Shown here one piece after another: positions 29,508 to 38,308 of a stretch of 64,000 nucleotides of DNA. The stretch lies in the IMG/VR virus record IMGVR_UViG_3300019889_000001, positions 5,726 to 69,725 of that record; one strand, written 5' to 3'. Both the position numbers and the translations under genes were made by a program. Origin of the DNA: a virus. Under the pieces are notes generated by a model. The model saw nothing but the letters and a program-made list of their open reading frames with translations, searched no databases and was not told the DNA's origin. How positions within the stretch are numbered: the first letter of the stretch is position 1; the number at the start of each line of letters is the position of its first letter.

Positions 29508-29948
29508 TCAGCGGGTGCGGGCGTCCCTCACAGCAAACTGCATCGGCCGGCCGTCGGCCTCGGCCCGGCGGATGATCGCCTCCGGGTTGCGTTGCTTGCG
29601 GAGCCACAGCAGATCGTCGAGCGGCATCGAGCGGGTGCCGAAGTCCTCTTCGCAGGCGACAGCGAATCTTGCGCAGTCAAACTGGACGGAGCACAGCGAA
29701 CAGTGACCGAGCGCGACCTCGGTGAGGGCACTGCCGAGGATTGGTTCATCGCCGACCATGTAGGTTTCGTGGTCCTCGACGATCCAGATGGACGGGCGTC
29801 CACCTTTCGGTGCTGACGTCACCACGAGGTTCTCGGATATGCATCGTGCTCCGGCGCGGTAGCCGATCGGCTCGGGCTTGTGCCCCTTGGTGTAGGCGCG
29901 GGGGAGTTGGTCGATGTTGGCGTCCCCTGCGGTCACATACCGAGCCAT
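29508..29948 (-). CDS. WhiB-like transcription factor
   Basis: C...ALGHCSLCSVQFDCARFAV matches the WhiB CxxCxVxxxC pattern. Confidence 0.6.
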   Translation of the reverse strand: MARYVTAGDANIDQLPRAYTKGHKPEPIGYRAGARCISENLVVTSAPKGGRPSIWIVEDHETYMVGDEPILGSALTEVALGHCSLCSVQFDCARFAVACEEDFGTRSMPLDDLLWLRKQRNPEAIIRRAEADGRPMQFAVRDARTR

Positions 29949-29974
29949 ATATCTGAGATTGTAAGATGCTTGGG

Positions 29975-30196
29975 ATGGGAAGTGGTGGCAATCCACAGTC
30001 GCCGCAACTCAAGAAACTGTTCCTCCTGGCCGACGAAATCGGGCTCACCCGCGAGGAACGGATCGAATACGCCCAGTTCCTACTTCGTCGAGACGTCGTG
30101 TCGTGGGCGCAGCTCGAGCATTCCCAGGTGTTGCGGCTCCTCGACGGGCTCGAGTCCTATCAACTGGTGACGGCGCTCATCGACCTGCGGGCCTAG
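29975..30196 (+). CDS. hypothetical protein, divergent from the whiB-like gene
   Basis: TAAGAT-N7-ATG. Confidence 0.6.
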   Translation: MGSGGNPQSPQLKKLFLLADEIGLTREERIEYAQFLLRRDVVSWAQLEHSQVLRLLDGLESYQLVTALIDLRA

Positions 30197-30522
30197 GCAC
30201 CGAGGAGCTGCACGACACGCTCGGCGCAGAGACTCCGTGCGTTCACGAGGCGTCCGACCTTGACACCATGTTCCTTGGCGTAGAGCTTGGCTTCCCGGCT
30301 GGCCGATCGCAGGAAGATCTTCTCGTGTTCGGTGCCGCGCCCTACGATATGGAAGTGGGTGCCCTGGAAGATGCCGGAATACGACTCGCAAGCATAATCG
30401 TCCTCGCCGAGGAGCACCATTGACCGGTCGTTGCGGACCAGATCTTCGTACTGGGCGTTCAGCTTCGCCAGCGCGCCCTTTTTGTTACAGCCGCAAGCGA
30501 TGGCTACTGCCCTCCTCGTTGT

Positions 30523-30726
30523 CTACGCCGAAACCAATGCTCGAACCCTGATCTCTGCGACTGCGCCGCGGAGTCCATCGGTGACCGCCATCGGGACGTC
30601 GCGTAGATGCGCGGCATCGTGAAGCTGGTCCTCGATGACATACGAGAGTAGTCGCTCGCAGAGCGCGAGGAGATCGCCAAGCGTGTCAGCGTCGACCGCA
30701 ACCAGACGAGGGCTCTCCATGTCCAC
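30523..30726 (-). CDS. hypothetical protein
   Basis: ORF in minus-strand operon. Confidence 0.5.
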   Translation of the reverse strand: MDMESPRLVAVDADTLGDLLALCERLLSYVIEDQLHDAAHLRDVPMAVTDGLRGAVAEIRVRALVSA

Positions 30727-30739
30727 ATGTTATCCACAG

Positions 30740-31306
30740 TCACTGCGCCCGTTTAGCGGTACGTCGGTGGCGGTCGCGCGCACAGACCTTACAGTGTCTC
30801 CACCCAAGCTTCGACACATACGTGTTCTCCGGGCTGAAACGATGCCCACGTTTGCATGCTCGCTGATGACGGCGTAGCCCTCCGTCGGGGCCGATGCCGC
30901 GGCGGATGTTCTCGGCGTTCGACACTGGCTCAAGATGATCCGGGTTGCAACAAGCCTCCACGCGACATAGGTGGTCGAGTACGAGTCCCTCGGGGACGGG
31001 CCCGATGAGATGCTCGTAAACCCAACGGTGTACGTAGTGAGTGAAGTTCTTGCCGAGAGCGTTGTATCCAAACATGCCGTGATTTGACCTAGCGAACTTC
31101 GCCTTGGTCCACACCCAGCAGCCGCAATCCCACACCTCGATCTTCTTCGCCAGCTGCTCCATGAGCAGCTCTGCGGCTGGGATCGGGGTGTCTCGATATT
31201 GGTCTGCGATGTAGTGACGCCGACAGAGTCCACGCCAGTAGGCCATCATCGAGCATCCGTCCATCGAGCACCGGACGGATGGGTCGGTCTGGCGGGTTGT
31301 ACTCAT
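30740..31306 (-). CDS. HNH endonuclease
   Basis: GCWVW...HRWVYE.LIGPVPEGLVLDHLCRVEACCNPDHLEPVSNAEN; CKRGH..SPENTY tail. Confidence 0.92.
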   Translation of the reverse strand: MSTTRQTDPSVRCSMDGCSMMAYWRGLCRRHYIADQYRDTPIPAAELLMEQLAKKIEVWDCGCWVWTKAKFARSNHGMFGYNALGKNFTHYVHRWVYEHLIGPVPEGLVLDHLCRVEACCNPDHLEPVSNAENIRRGIGPDGGLRRHQRACKRGHRFSPENTYVSKLGWRHCKVCARDRHRRTAKRAQ

Positions 31307-31323
31307 TACTAATAACCTTACCA

Positions 31324-32007
31324 CTACTTATGGGACCAGGGGCTGCCATTGCTGGGCGCCCACTTCCCGAACTCGGTGTGGACGAGTGGGCCGGTGACGA
31401 ATCGGTCACGCCATCGAGGTTCGCGCAGGACCCGGTTGAACGTGGACATATCGGTCAGGTCTCCGCCATCCATCGGGTACTCGATGAGGTCGTCCAGGAG
31501 CTCAAGGACGTCTGCCCGACTGCCGCCGAGGAGCCCGGCGTTGAGGAGCACGCGATCAGGGAACTCTTCCGCCATCGGCTTGATCGACGGATGGTTGTCG
31601 ACGATCCACTTGTTGGCAACCGTGTCGTTCTCTGATCCGACGTAGAGATGGTCGGCTTCCATCATCGGCCACGGCGGGCGGTTCATCACGACGTCGGAGC
31701 CGTCGGTCATGAACACCTTGTCGACATCCGGCTGATTGTCGAGCCAGACGCGCAGGTGAACCCAGCGGGCGAAGAACAGGTTGGTGTCGGACGACTCGAC
31801 CTGGACGAACTCGACGGGGACTCGGGCCCACTGCCGGCCAATTGCTTGGTGATGCTCGGGCAGTTCGTCGTGGATCACCACGGCGTGGCAGTCCATCAAT
31901 GACTCCAGCCACTTGCGGAGGATCGTGACATCCGGTGAGTAGTTCGAGCACCCGACGCACATTGGATTCTCGATGGAGGTGAGAAGGCAGGTGGCGACGG
32001 TGTTCAA
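31324..32007 (-). CDS. putative GT-A glycosyltransferase
   Basis: VFMTDGSDV (DxD-like), LLNAGLLGG, TDMSTFN, HK end. Confidence 0.65.
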   Translation of the reverse strand: MNTVATCLLTSIENPMCVGCSNYSPDVTILRKWLESLMDCHAVVIHDELPEHHQAIGRQWARVPVEFVQVESSDTNLFFARWVHLRVWLDNQPDVDKVFMTDGSDVVMNRPPWPMMEADHLYVGSENDTVANKWIVDNHPSIKPMAEEFPDRVLLNAGLLGGSRADVLELLDDLIEYPMDGGDLTDMSTFNRVLREPRWRDRFVTGPLVHTEFGKWAPSNGSPWSHK

Positions 32008-32654
32008 GAATGGTCCCCCATCCACAAACGGCGACATGCTCGACAATGACGTACTCCAGTCTTCGGTGCCACGTAGGTGTTCTCCGACGTGTACTCATGC
32101 CCTCGACGGCAGGACGTGGCGGGATTGAGGACCCGCCTCTGGTTGGCTCGCTGGGTTACCGGGTCGGCCCATCGACAATTGGTGGGTTGGTAGTTCCCGT
32201 CGTTGTCGATTCGGTCCAACGACCAATAGGACTTCCGACCACTCCATCCCGGGGGCTCGGGTGGCCGTTCTCCGATGTCCTGAAGGAAACGGACAAACCC
32301 ATCGATCCCCAGCCATTGCTCGCAAACTTGGACACCTCGCCCTCCGTACCGAGGGAAGGCCGAATCATTGGGATTGTGACACCGGCCCAGCATGGCCCGG
32401 TAGGCGTTGTACGTGGCCGAGGCGCGCGGATTACCGCGATGACCGTGGATTCGGTTCGCCGCCGATCCCCGTTCCCTCATCAGGCATCCACAAGAGGAGC
32501 TATCTCCACGTTGAAGCGACGAGAGAGAGACACTCTTGGTCGTCCCGCATTCACAAAGAACGAGCAGTCGGCGCCTCCCCTTGACTATCCCTCCATCGCT
32601 TTGGACGACCCACCGGCCGAACTGCCGACCCATAAGAGCTTCCACGTTTACCAC
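32004..32654 (-). CDS. HNH homing endonuclease-like protein
   Basis: CECG...SCGC, YGGRGVQVC..W, SLDRIDNDGNY.P.NCRWA, CRRGH..TSENTY. Confidence 0.88.
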   Translation of the reverse strand: MVNVEALMGRQFGRWVVQSDGGIVKGRRRLLVLCECGTTKSVSLSSLQRGDSSSCGCLMRERGSAANRIHGHRGNPRASATYNAYRAMLGRCHNPNDSAFPRYGGRGVQVCEQWLGIDGFVRFLQDIGERPPEPPGWSGRKSYWSLDRIDNDGNYQPTNCRWADPVTQRANQRRVLNPATSCRRGHEYTSENTYVAPKTGVRHCRACRRLWMGDHS

Positions 32655-32980
32655 GAGTCGTGCTCCGGCAGCCCGTGGAGCAACACGCCCCAGGTGTCCC
32701 GAAGTCGTTGCTTGACCGCTCGGTAGCACTTGCGGGTCCGGACCTTCAGCCGACGCTGCTCGCGGTGCCACGATGCGTTCTCGGCGCGGACCTTGGCCTG
32801 CTGCTCGGGTGAGAGCAGGTGGTAGGGGCCCTCGGCGTAGAACGTGAACTGGTTCCGAGCGAAGTCCTGTGGGCGTTGGTCAACTCCGAGATCGAGCTGA
32901 CCCGTGCGCTTCTCGTACTCTGTCGGGGTCTGTCGGATCGTGCGAGCGATCCAATCCTGGCCAAAGGGGAACTCCTCCAT
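32648..32980 (-). CDS. hypothetical protein
   Basis: ORF between methyltransferase and HNH. Confidence 0.5.
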   Translation of the reverse strand: MEEFPFGQDWIARTIRQTPTEYEKRTGQLDLGVDQRPQDFARNQFTFYAEGPYHLLSPEQQAKVRAENASWHREQRRLKVRTRKCYRAVKQRLRDTWGVLLHGLPEHDSW

Positions 32981-33024
32981 CGGTGGGCACGGGATCGAAC
33001 GACACGGGTTCGCCGCATCCGGAT

Positions 33025-33519
33025 CTATTTCTTCGCCCATGCGCGCACGTCCTCTCCGAGCTGGTCGACTTCCCACTCCGAGAAGCCCGCGGTTTGCAGA
33101 GCGAACTCCAGCTCGTCCGGCTCGATGTTGGCATAATGACCGGGCACGAGTGGGTCGTCGTGGTAGAGCCCGTGGACCGCCCGTCCGGGTCCGGCCATCG
33201 TCATAACACACATCCCGCCATCCTCCAACATCGCGTAGATGTTGGCGAGGATCTCCCTCATCGCGGGTGTGTGCTCGAACAGCTCGGTGCACAGGACGAG
33301 AGGAACCGGCTGATCGGGTTGCCATGTCGCACCGTCGGCGACGATGTCTACGCCTGGCCCATCGGCTGCGTCGACAACAGTCCAGCGGGCGTTCCGAAAG
33401 ATCCAGCGGGCGTGACCGTTCGTCTCGCGGCCGCCGATGTCGACGGCGACGACGTCAGCAGTTTCGAGGCCAGTGATGGCGGCGAAGTCGGCTACAAATT
33501 TGAGAGCGGCATCATGCAT
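33025..33519 (-). CDS. class I SAM-dependent methyltransferase
   Basis: VDIGGRETNG, GPGVDIVADG, LCTELFEH. Confidence 0.85.
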   Translation of the reverse strand: MHDAALKFVADFAAITGLETADVVAVDIGGRETNGHARWIFRNARWTVVDAADGPGVDIVADGATWQPDQPVPLVLCTELFEHTPAMREILANIYAMLEDGGMCVMTMAGPGRAVHGLYHDDPLVPGHYANIEPDELEFALQTAGFSEWEVDQLGEDVRAWAKK

Positions 33520-34189
33520 CCTGGTTCTCCGGTTCGCGTTCGGCGATGATGGCCCGCATGGCTGCGGGGTTGTTGCGGGCGTGGTAGTAGCGCTGGCTGA
33601 GCGCCGAGTTCGGCTGCCAGCGTTCGCTGCCGATGTCGCGGCAGGCGCCGTCGTGGTAAAGCGACAGCGCCATCCCCGTGTGCCACCGCGGTCGCCCGAG
33701 GATCGCTGTGGCCGCCGAGGTTAGGGCTCCATCTTCTCCGCCATATCCGGTGAAGCGTTCGTCCTGGCCGCCGCACTCCCAGTACGACGTCGGCTTGATC
33801 GCGATGACCGACGAATCATGTTGGAGGGCTTGCCGGGTCGGCATGATCCCGGCGTGGTAGGCGGCGGTCTCCTCCTCGGTGAGGTACAGCATCGTGTCGA
33901 GCCCGAAATGGAGAAGCCCGTCGTCGAATGCCCCGAACACGGCCGCGGTCACCGCTTTCAAATCGGGGATCGTGTCGGCATCGTTGAGGACGACGACATC
34001 CGCCCCTTCCTTCTCTGCGAGCCGGACGCAGGTATTTCGGGACCCGGCCCGCGAGAACTCGGGGTGGCCGGAGTCAGCGGTCCCGAAATACCAGTTGCGG
34101 GCGTTGGTGAGATACCAGTCCCGCACCGTTTGGAACGCGGCGAGACGATCAGGGGTCGGTCTCCAGGGGCACATCACGGTGACTCTCAT
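33512..34189 (-). CDS. GT2-like glycosyltransferase
   Basis: PWR, FSRAGSRN, LNDAD, GGQDERFTGYGGED. Confidence 0.85.
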   Translation of the reverse strand: MRVTVMCPWRPTPDRLAAFQTVRDWYLTNARNWYFGTADSGHPEFSRAGSRNTCVRLAEKEGADVVVLNDADTIPDLKAVTAAVFGAFDDGLLHFGLDTMLYLTEEETAAYHAGIMPTRQALQHDSSVIAIKPTSYWECGGQDERFTGYGGEDGALTSAATAILGRPRWHTGMALSLYHDGACRDIGSERWQPNSALSQRYYHARNNPAAMRAIIAEREPENQDA

Positions 34190-35127
34190 CCGACAATCTC
34201 CTCTAACCGCTTGATGAACCTCGTCAAGGAGTCGTCCTTGGCGAGTTGGTCTGCTCGAGCCTTTGCCCGCTTCGATGCCGCCGCGTATTTGCGGGGGTTG
34301 TCGAGGTCTTCGATGATGTCCAACCAGGCGTCGAGGTCATCACGGTCTGCGAAGAGCCCGGCGTTGCCGAGGGATTCCTTCAGTCCTGGCGTCGGGTGTG
34401 CGATCACGGGAATTCCGGCACACATGGCTTCGATCCCGATCATCCCCCAGGTTTCGTGATCCGATGGCATCAACAGAATGCGGGTCTTCGCCAGGATGTC
34501 GTCGCGGACGTTGCCGGTCGGCTTGATGATCGTGACGTTCTTGCGGGCCTGGCCTTCCGGCTGTGGGCCGTAGCCGCCTCGGACGCCGAGGAAGGGGCGC
34601 TTCGGGAGGTAGCGGGCGAGGGCGTCGAACGTGAGGTAGCCCTTCGGTTCGATCAAGTTGACGAGCGTGATCGAATCGCCTGGTGTCGTCGCGAATTTGG
34701 TGGGATCGATGATGGGGTGGCACACCATGTGTTCGCCGGTGTAGCCGACGTGTTCGGCGAGACTGTACGAGTTGAAGACGGTGAGGGTTGGTTCGCCGTG
34801 CTTCACGAGGTTGTGGAACATGGTGTCATGGGTGCCATGAACGAACCGGACCGACGGGACGTGTTCCGTCATCGCGACGCGATGGAGGCGGGCGTCGTCA
34901 CCGTGGATCGAAATGCAGACATCGGTGCGGGCGAACCTCGGTCGCATGTTGGAACCGAGGTGTTCGACGTGGACGCCGTCGATGTCGTATGACTTGATGT
35001 GGTCGGGAACCTGCACAATGACTTTGTGGCCAGCCGCGGCGAGCCCCGCGAGATAGCTGTGCGTCGCAATCCAACTGCCGACACGGGCGTGGGGTGGATA
35101 TCCAAGAACGAACGCTAAGACGCGAAT
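34186..35127 (-). CDS. GT4 (GT-B) glycosyltransferase; start codon uncertain (ATT 35127 or GTG 35016)
   Basis: GYPP..GSWIATH...GHKV, VNL..KG, MPSDHETWGMIGIEAMCAGIPVI. Confidence 0.85.
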   Translation of the reverse strand: MRVLAFVLGYPPHARVGSWIATHSYLAGLAAAGHKVIVQVPDHIKSYDIDGVHVEHLGSNMRPRFARTDVCISIHGDDARLHRVAMTEHVPSVRFVHGTHDTMFHNLVKHGEPTLTVFNSYSLAEHVGYTGEHMVCHPIIDPTKFATTPGDSITLVNLIEPKGYLTFDALARYLPKRPFLGVRGGYGPQPEGQARKNVTIIKPTGNVRDDILAKTRILLMPSDHETWGMIGIEAMCAGIPVIAHPTPGLKESLGNAGLFADRDDLDAWLDIIEDLDNPRKYAAASKRAKARADQLAKDDSLTRFIKRLEEIVG

Positions 35128-35633
35128 GAGGTGGCTCCCTCTGCGTAGAACAGGTGGAGATTACGCTTTGCTGTCTCGTACGCTGCACCGGCCTCCTCTG
35201 GGGTACTAAAGCTTCCAAGATGTTTGGATTCGCCATTCAGCCCAATGCACGCGGCCCAACGGTTCTTCTTCGGGTAGACGCCCAGCAGACCAGACTTGTT
35301 GTTTGACTTGGGACCCTGGATATTCTGAGCGTTCTGCGCCTGGGTTGCGGGGCGTAGATTGGTGATTCGATTATCCAGTTTGCAGCGGTTGATGTGATCA
35401 ACACCATGCTCCGGCCACGTCCCGTAGAAATGCGCCCAGCCGAGGCGATGTGCTCGATAGGACTTGCCGTCTATCTTGATGGCCCAATACCCGCTACACA
35501 GGGGAGTGCCGGCCACGTCGCCAATTCTGATCTTGATCGCCACTCGGATCTTCCAGCGGAACACGCCAGTGTCGGGGTCGTAGTCGAGGACCTCCCGCAG
35601 GCGCTCCACTGTGAGCGTAGGCTTCGTGGGCAT
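35115..35633 (-). CDS. HNH-AP2 homing endonuclease
   Basis: LDYDPDTGVFRW, AHRL.W, DHINR.KLDNRITNLR, SGLLGV..., LGSFSTPEEA. Confidence 0.92.
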   Translation of the reverse strand: MPTKPTLTVERLREVLDYDPDTGVFRWKIRVAIKIRIGDVAGTPLCSGYWAIKIDGKSYRAHRLGWAHFYGTWPEHGVDHINRCKLDNRITNLRPATQAQNAQNIQGPKSNNKSGLLGVYPKKNRWAACIGLNGESKHLGSFSTPEEAGAAYETAKRNLHLFYAEGATSFAS

Positions 35634-35694
35634 CGGACACCTCCGTTGTGTCTGGTCGGTCCCGGCACGTTCACGCGTGGCCGGGACATTCATC

Positions 35695-35784
35695 CTACTC
35701 ATGGGGATGTAGGGATGTCAGAGTTAAGGAGCCCACGCGGGCATACGGCGCATACCCCAGCTGGAAGCCTAAAATCCGAATCAC
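35695..35784 (-). pseudogene. 29-aa stub homologous to the GT4 N-terminus
   Basis: MIRILGFQLGYAPYARVGS vs IRVLAFVLGYPPHARVGS. Confidence 0.75.
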
Positions 35785-36074
35785 GTGGTGGTTGGGATGT
35801 TCGGGTCGGCGAGCAGCGCGGTACGGGTGGCGACGTCGAAGTTGCCGTTCGGCGCCCCGTCGTAGAACCCGTCTTTGATGAGCTGCTGCTGGAGTAGGGA
35901 CACACTCGAGCGCATGTCGTTCCCGTAGTACCCGTTCACTCGGCCCTTGTAGTAGCCCAAGTCAATCAACAGGCCTTGCAGCTCGCGGTTCTTCGTGGAC
36001 GGCATCCCACCGGGCTTCGATGCCGGTGGGACAGTCACGGGCGGCAGGGGACGCTTCGAGGAGGTGGGAGGCAC
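35781..36074 (-). CDS. stand-alone peptidoglycan-binding (PG_binding_1) protein
   Basis: LQ.LL..LGYY.G..NG.YG..M...V..LQ...NGNFD..T. Confidence 0.75.
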   Translation of the reverse strand: MPPTSSKRPLPPVTVPPASKPGGMPSTKNRELQGLLIDLGYYKGRVNGYYGNDMRSSVSLLQQQLIKDGFYDGAPNGNFDVATRTALLADPNIPTTT

Positions 36075-36215
36075 CCTGACAGGGTAGCCGATGGTGCGAG
36101 TGCCGGGATGACGTCCGCTATTCCCAACGGGCGCCTGGCGGGAGGGGGGTGAAGAATCCGCCGAGCCAAGCGATCAGCCCGCAGCCGACCACGGCGAGGA
36201 CGGCGACAAGACGCA

Positions 36216-36647
36216 TCAGTCGGGCGGGCTGTCCGCCGGTCCGATCTCCTGAAGTTTGGTTTCAGCTTCGCTGTTGCGGACCAGGCCGAAGTACGAGCCG
36301 ATCGCTGCGAGGAATGCCAGGAACGCCGACTTGAGGGAGTCGACTGATATCACTGATCCGCCGCCGTCGATCATGCCGACCGTGACCAACCCTGCGACCG
36401 CGGAAAGCGCAAGGGTGAGCACCTTCTTGAGCCAGGCCGCAGTGCTCGCTTTCGTGACGAGCGCGACGAGCGCCGGGATCAATGTCCCGAGGATCATCGT
36501 GACGACGAACGGATCGAGGTTGAACAGTGAGTCAGCCGTCGAGTCCGGGCCGATCGGAGTGTCGACGGGAACTTGGGCGAAGGCGACCGTCGGGGCGGCG
36601 ATCCCAAGGAACACCGCGGCGAAGACCGCGAACAGCTTTGCTTTCAT
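36216..36647 (-). CDS. putative holin
   Basis: Multi-TM protein, GTLIPALVALVTK motif, near endolysin. Confidence 0.65.
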   Translation of the reverse strand: MKAKLFAVFAAVFLGIAAPTVAFAQVPVDTPIGPDSTADSLFNLDPFVVTMILGTLIPALVALVTKASTAAWLKKVLTLALSAVAGLVTVGMIDGGGSVISVDSLKSAFLAFLAAIGSYFGLVRNSEAETKLQEIGPADSPPD

Positions 36648-36686
36648 GCCGTCATTCTCCACCATCCAACACGTCAAAGGCCACTC

Positions 36687-37604
36687 TCATGCGGCGTCGC
36701 CGTACACGACTTCGCAGGTGATTTCGCCGATCGGGTTCGGCTGCGTGCAGTTCACTGCGATCACTTCCCGCGCCGGCGCGCCGGGTAGGCCCGTCGCGCC
36801 GGGCTGACCTTCCGGACCCGGAGGCCCCGGAATGGCGCAGGTGCCGGAGCCGCCACACCATGCGGCCATCGCGACGTCGACCTGGGCTTGCGTGAAACAC
36901 TGGCCGGCCCCACACGACGACAGAACGACTTGGGCTACCTCTTCGGCGGTTGGAGGTCGCCCGGGCTCGCCTGTGGCTCCCTGCGCGCCGGTGGCGCCGT
37001 CCTCGCCGGGCATTCCGGCACAGTTGCCGGGCTGTGAGCAATGTGCGACAACGATGGCGGAGAGCTGTTCGTCGGTGATCGCTGGAGCATCGACACCTGG
37101 GGCCCCAGTTCCGCCGGATGGCCCGGGACCTCCTGTCCCGCCGGTGTCACCGGTCGATCCTGGGGGACCGTCGCAGACGTCGCTCGAGGCACAGACATCG
37201 AAGACGATCGGTTCGACGAGGGCGCGGACTTCGGCGAGGTCGAGGACTTCGGTGACGATGACCGGTTGCGCGGTTGGGGGTCCGGCCTGCTCGGGCTCGG
37301 TCGGTCGGGGCATCGAGGTGTCCGGCATGATTTGCTCGATAGGGACGTCGTTCTCTTCGGCGGCATCCACCACGATCTCGGCGGGGGTCGGCACGGAGAC
37401 GTCAGGCGACTCCTCCTGGAGGACGTCGTAGCCGTCGGTGAGCCGTTCGATGACCTGGTTCTGCGCCTGATCCGCCACCGACCCGTCGGTAACCGCGTCT
37501 TCCAGGTCGGTCATCCGGCCCGCGAAGGTGAGCCCGATGATGAAGATGAAGATGGCAGCGGGAACGGGCCAGCCAACAGCGATGATGGTGCGTAGGCGGC
37601 TCAC
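36687..37604 (-). CDS. membrane-anchored collagen-like protein
   Basis: N-terminal TM; Gly-X-Y blocks separated by Cys pairs. Confidence 0.8.
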   Translation of the reverse strand: MSRLRTIIAVGWPVPAAIFIFIIGLTFAGRMTDLEDAVTDGSVADQAQNQVIERLTDGYDVLQEESPDVSVPTPAEIVVDAAEENDVPIEQIMPDTSMPRPTEPEQAGPPTAQPVIVTEVLDLAEVRALVEPIVFDVCASSDVCDGPPGSTGDTGGTGGPGPSGGTGAPGVDAPAITDEQLSAIVVAHCSQPGNCAGMPGEDGATGAQGATGEPGRPPTAEEVAQVVLSSCGAGQCFTQAQVDVAMAAWCGGSGTCAIPGPPGPEGQPGATGLPGAPAREVIAVNCTQPNPIGEITCEVVYGDAA

Positions 37605-37607
37605 ACG

Positions 37608-37991
37608 TCACCCACATACTTCGTCGACATCCACCTCAGGCTTCTCGCGATCCAGGACCGCCGTGATCGTGTCGATGATTTCCTGGTCGAACTGGAACTC
37701 GGCCGACAGAGCGAACCATAAGGCGCGGTCGCCAAGGTCGTCGGCGACGTCGGCCTCACAGATGTTGCGTTTGAGTTCATCGACGTCACGCTCACGAAGG
37801 TAGAACGCCGCGGTCAGCCCCACGCCGAAGATGGCGAGCGTGACGGTCATCCATCGGGTTGCATTGGAGAATCGGCGGGTGACCTGCGAGAACGTATCGG
37901 AGTCGACGTAGGAGTCCTTGGTCGTCGTCTCCACTCCGCCTTCGGACGACTTGGACTCGTGGCTGCCGCTTCGCCGGCGGACTAATTTCAT
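37608..37991 (-). CDS. membrane protein (lysis region)
   Basis: Single TM; alternative frame overlaps. Confidence 0.45.
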   Translation of the reverse strand: MKLVRRRSGSHESKSSEGGVETTTKDSYVDSDTFSQVTRRFSNATRWMTVTLAIFGVGLTAAFYLRERDVDELKRNICEADVADDLGDRALWFALSAEFQFDQEIIDTITAVLDREKPEVDVDEVCG

Positions 37992-38238
37992 CGTCGGGCT
38001 CCCGTTCCGACCGCCGTTCCTCTTTCAGGTCTGCCCACTTCAATCCGGCGTGTGAACCGGTGCCGATCGCGGCGAGGGTTGTCATTGCCATGATGTCGGA
38101 CGACATCACTTCGTTGCCTTGGATGAGTCGTAACGCGACGAGGGCGGGGATCATCGCGAAACAGAGTGCCTGCGCCCACTGGATCATTTTGCGTGGCGTG
38201 ATGAATGGCTCCCGGTCGACGGCGCGGCGCTGGTTCAC
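37792..38238 (-). CDS. membrane protein, holin-like
   Basis: Two N-terminal TM segments; 3' part overlaps next ORF so the end is uncertain. Confidence 0.45.
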   Translation of the reverse strand: MNQRRAVDREPFITPRKMIQWAQALCFAMIPALVALRLIQGNEVMSSDIMAMTTLAAIGTGSHAGLKWADLKEERRSEREPDDEISPPAKRQPRVQVVRRRSGDDDQGLLRRLRYVLAGHPPILQCNPMDDRHARHLRRGADRGVLPS

Positions 38239-38308
38239 GTGTCATCCTCTTCCTGTTCAGCGCCGCTTGTCTCATCATTCATCGCCTGACGCGCCTCTCA
38301 GCGCCATG

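Noticed and set aside
35128-35730. Group I intron carrying the HNH gene
   Set aside because: Only about 100 nt of non-coding sequence, too short for a group I core, and I found no frame-restoring U/G splice junctions
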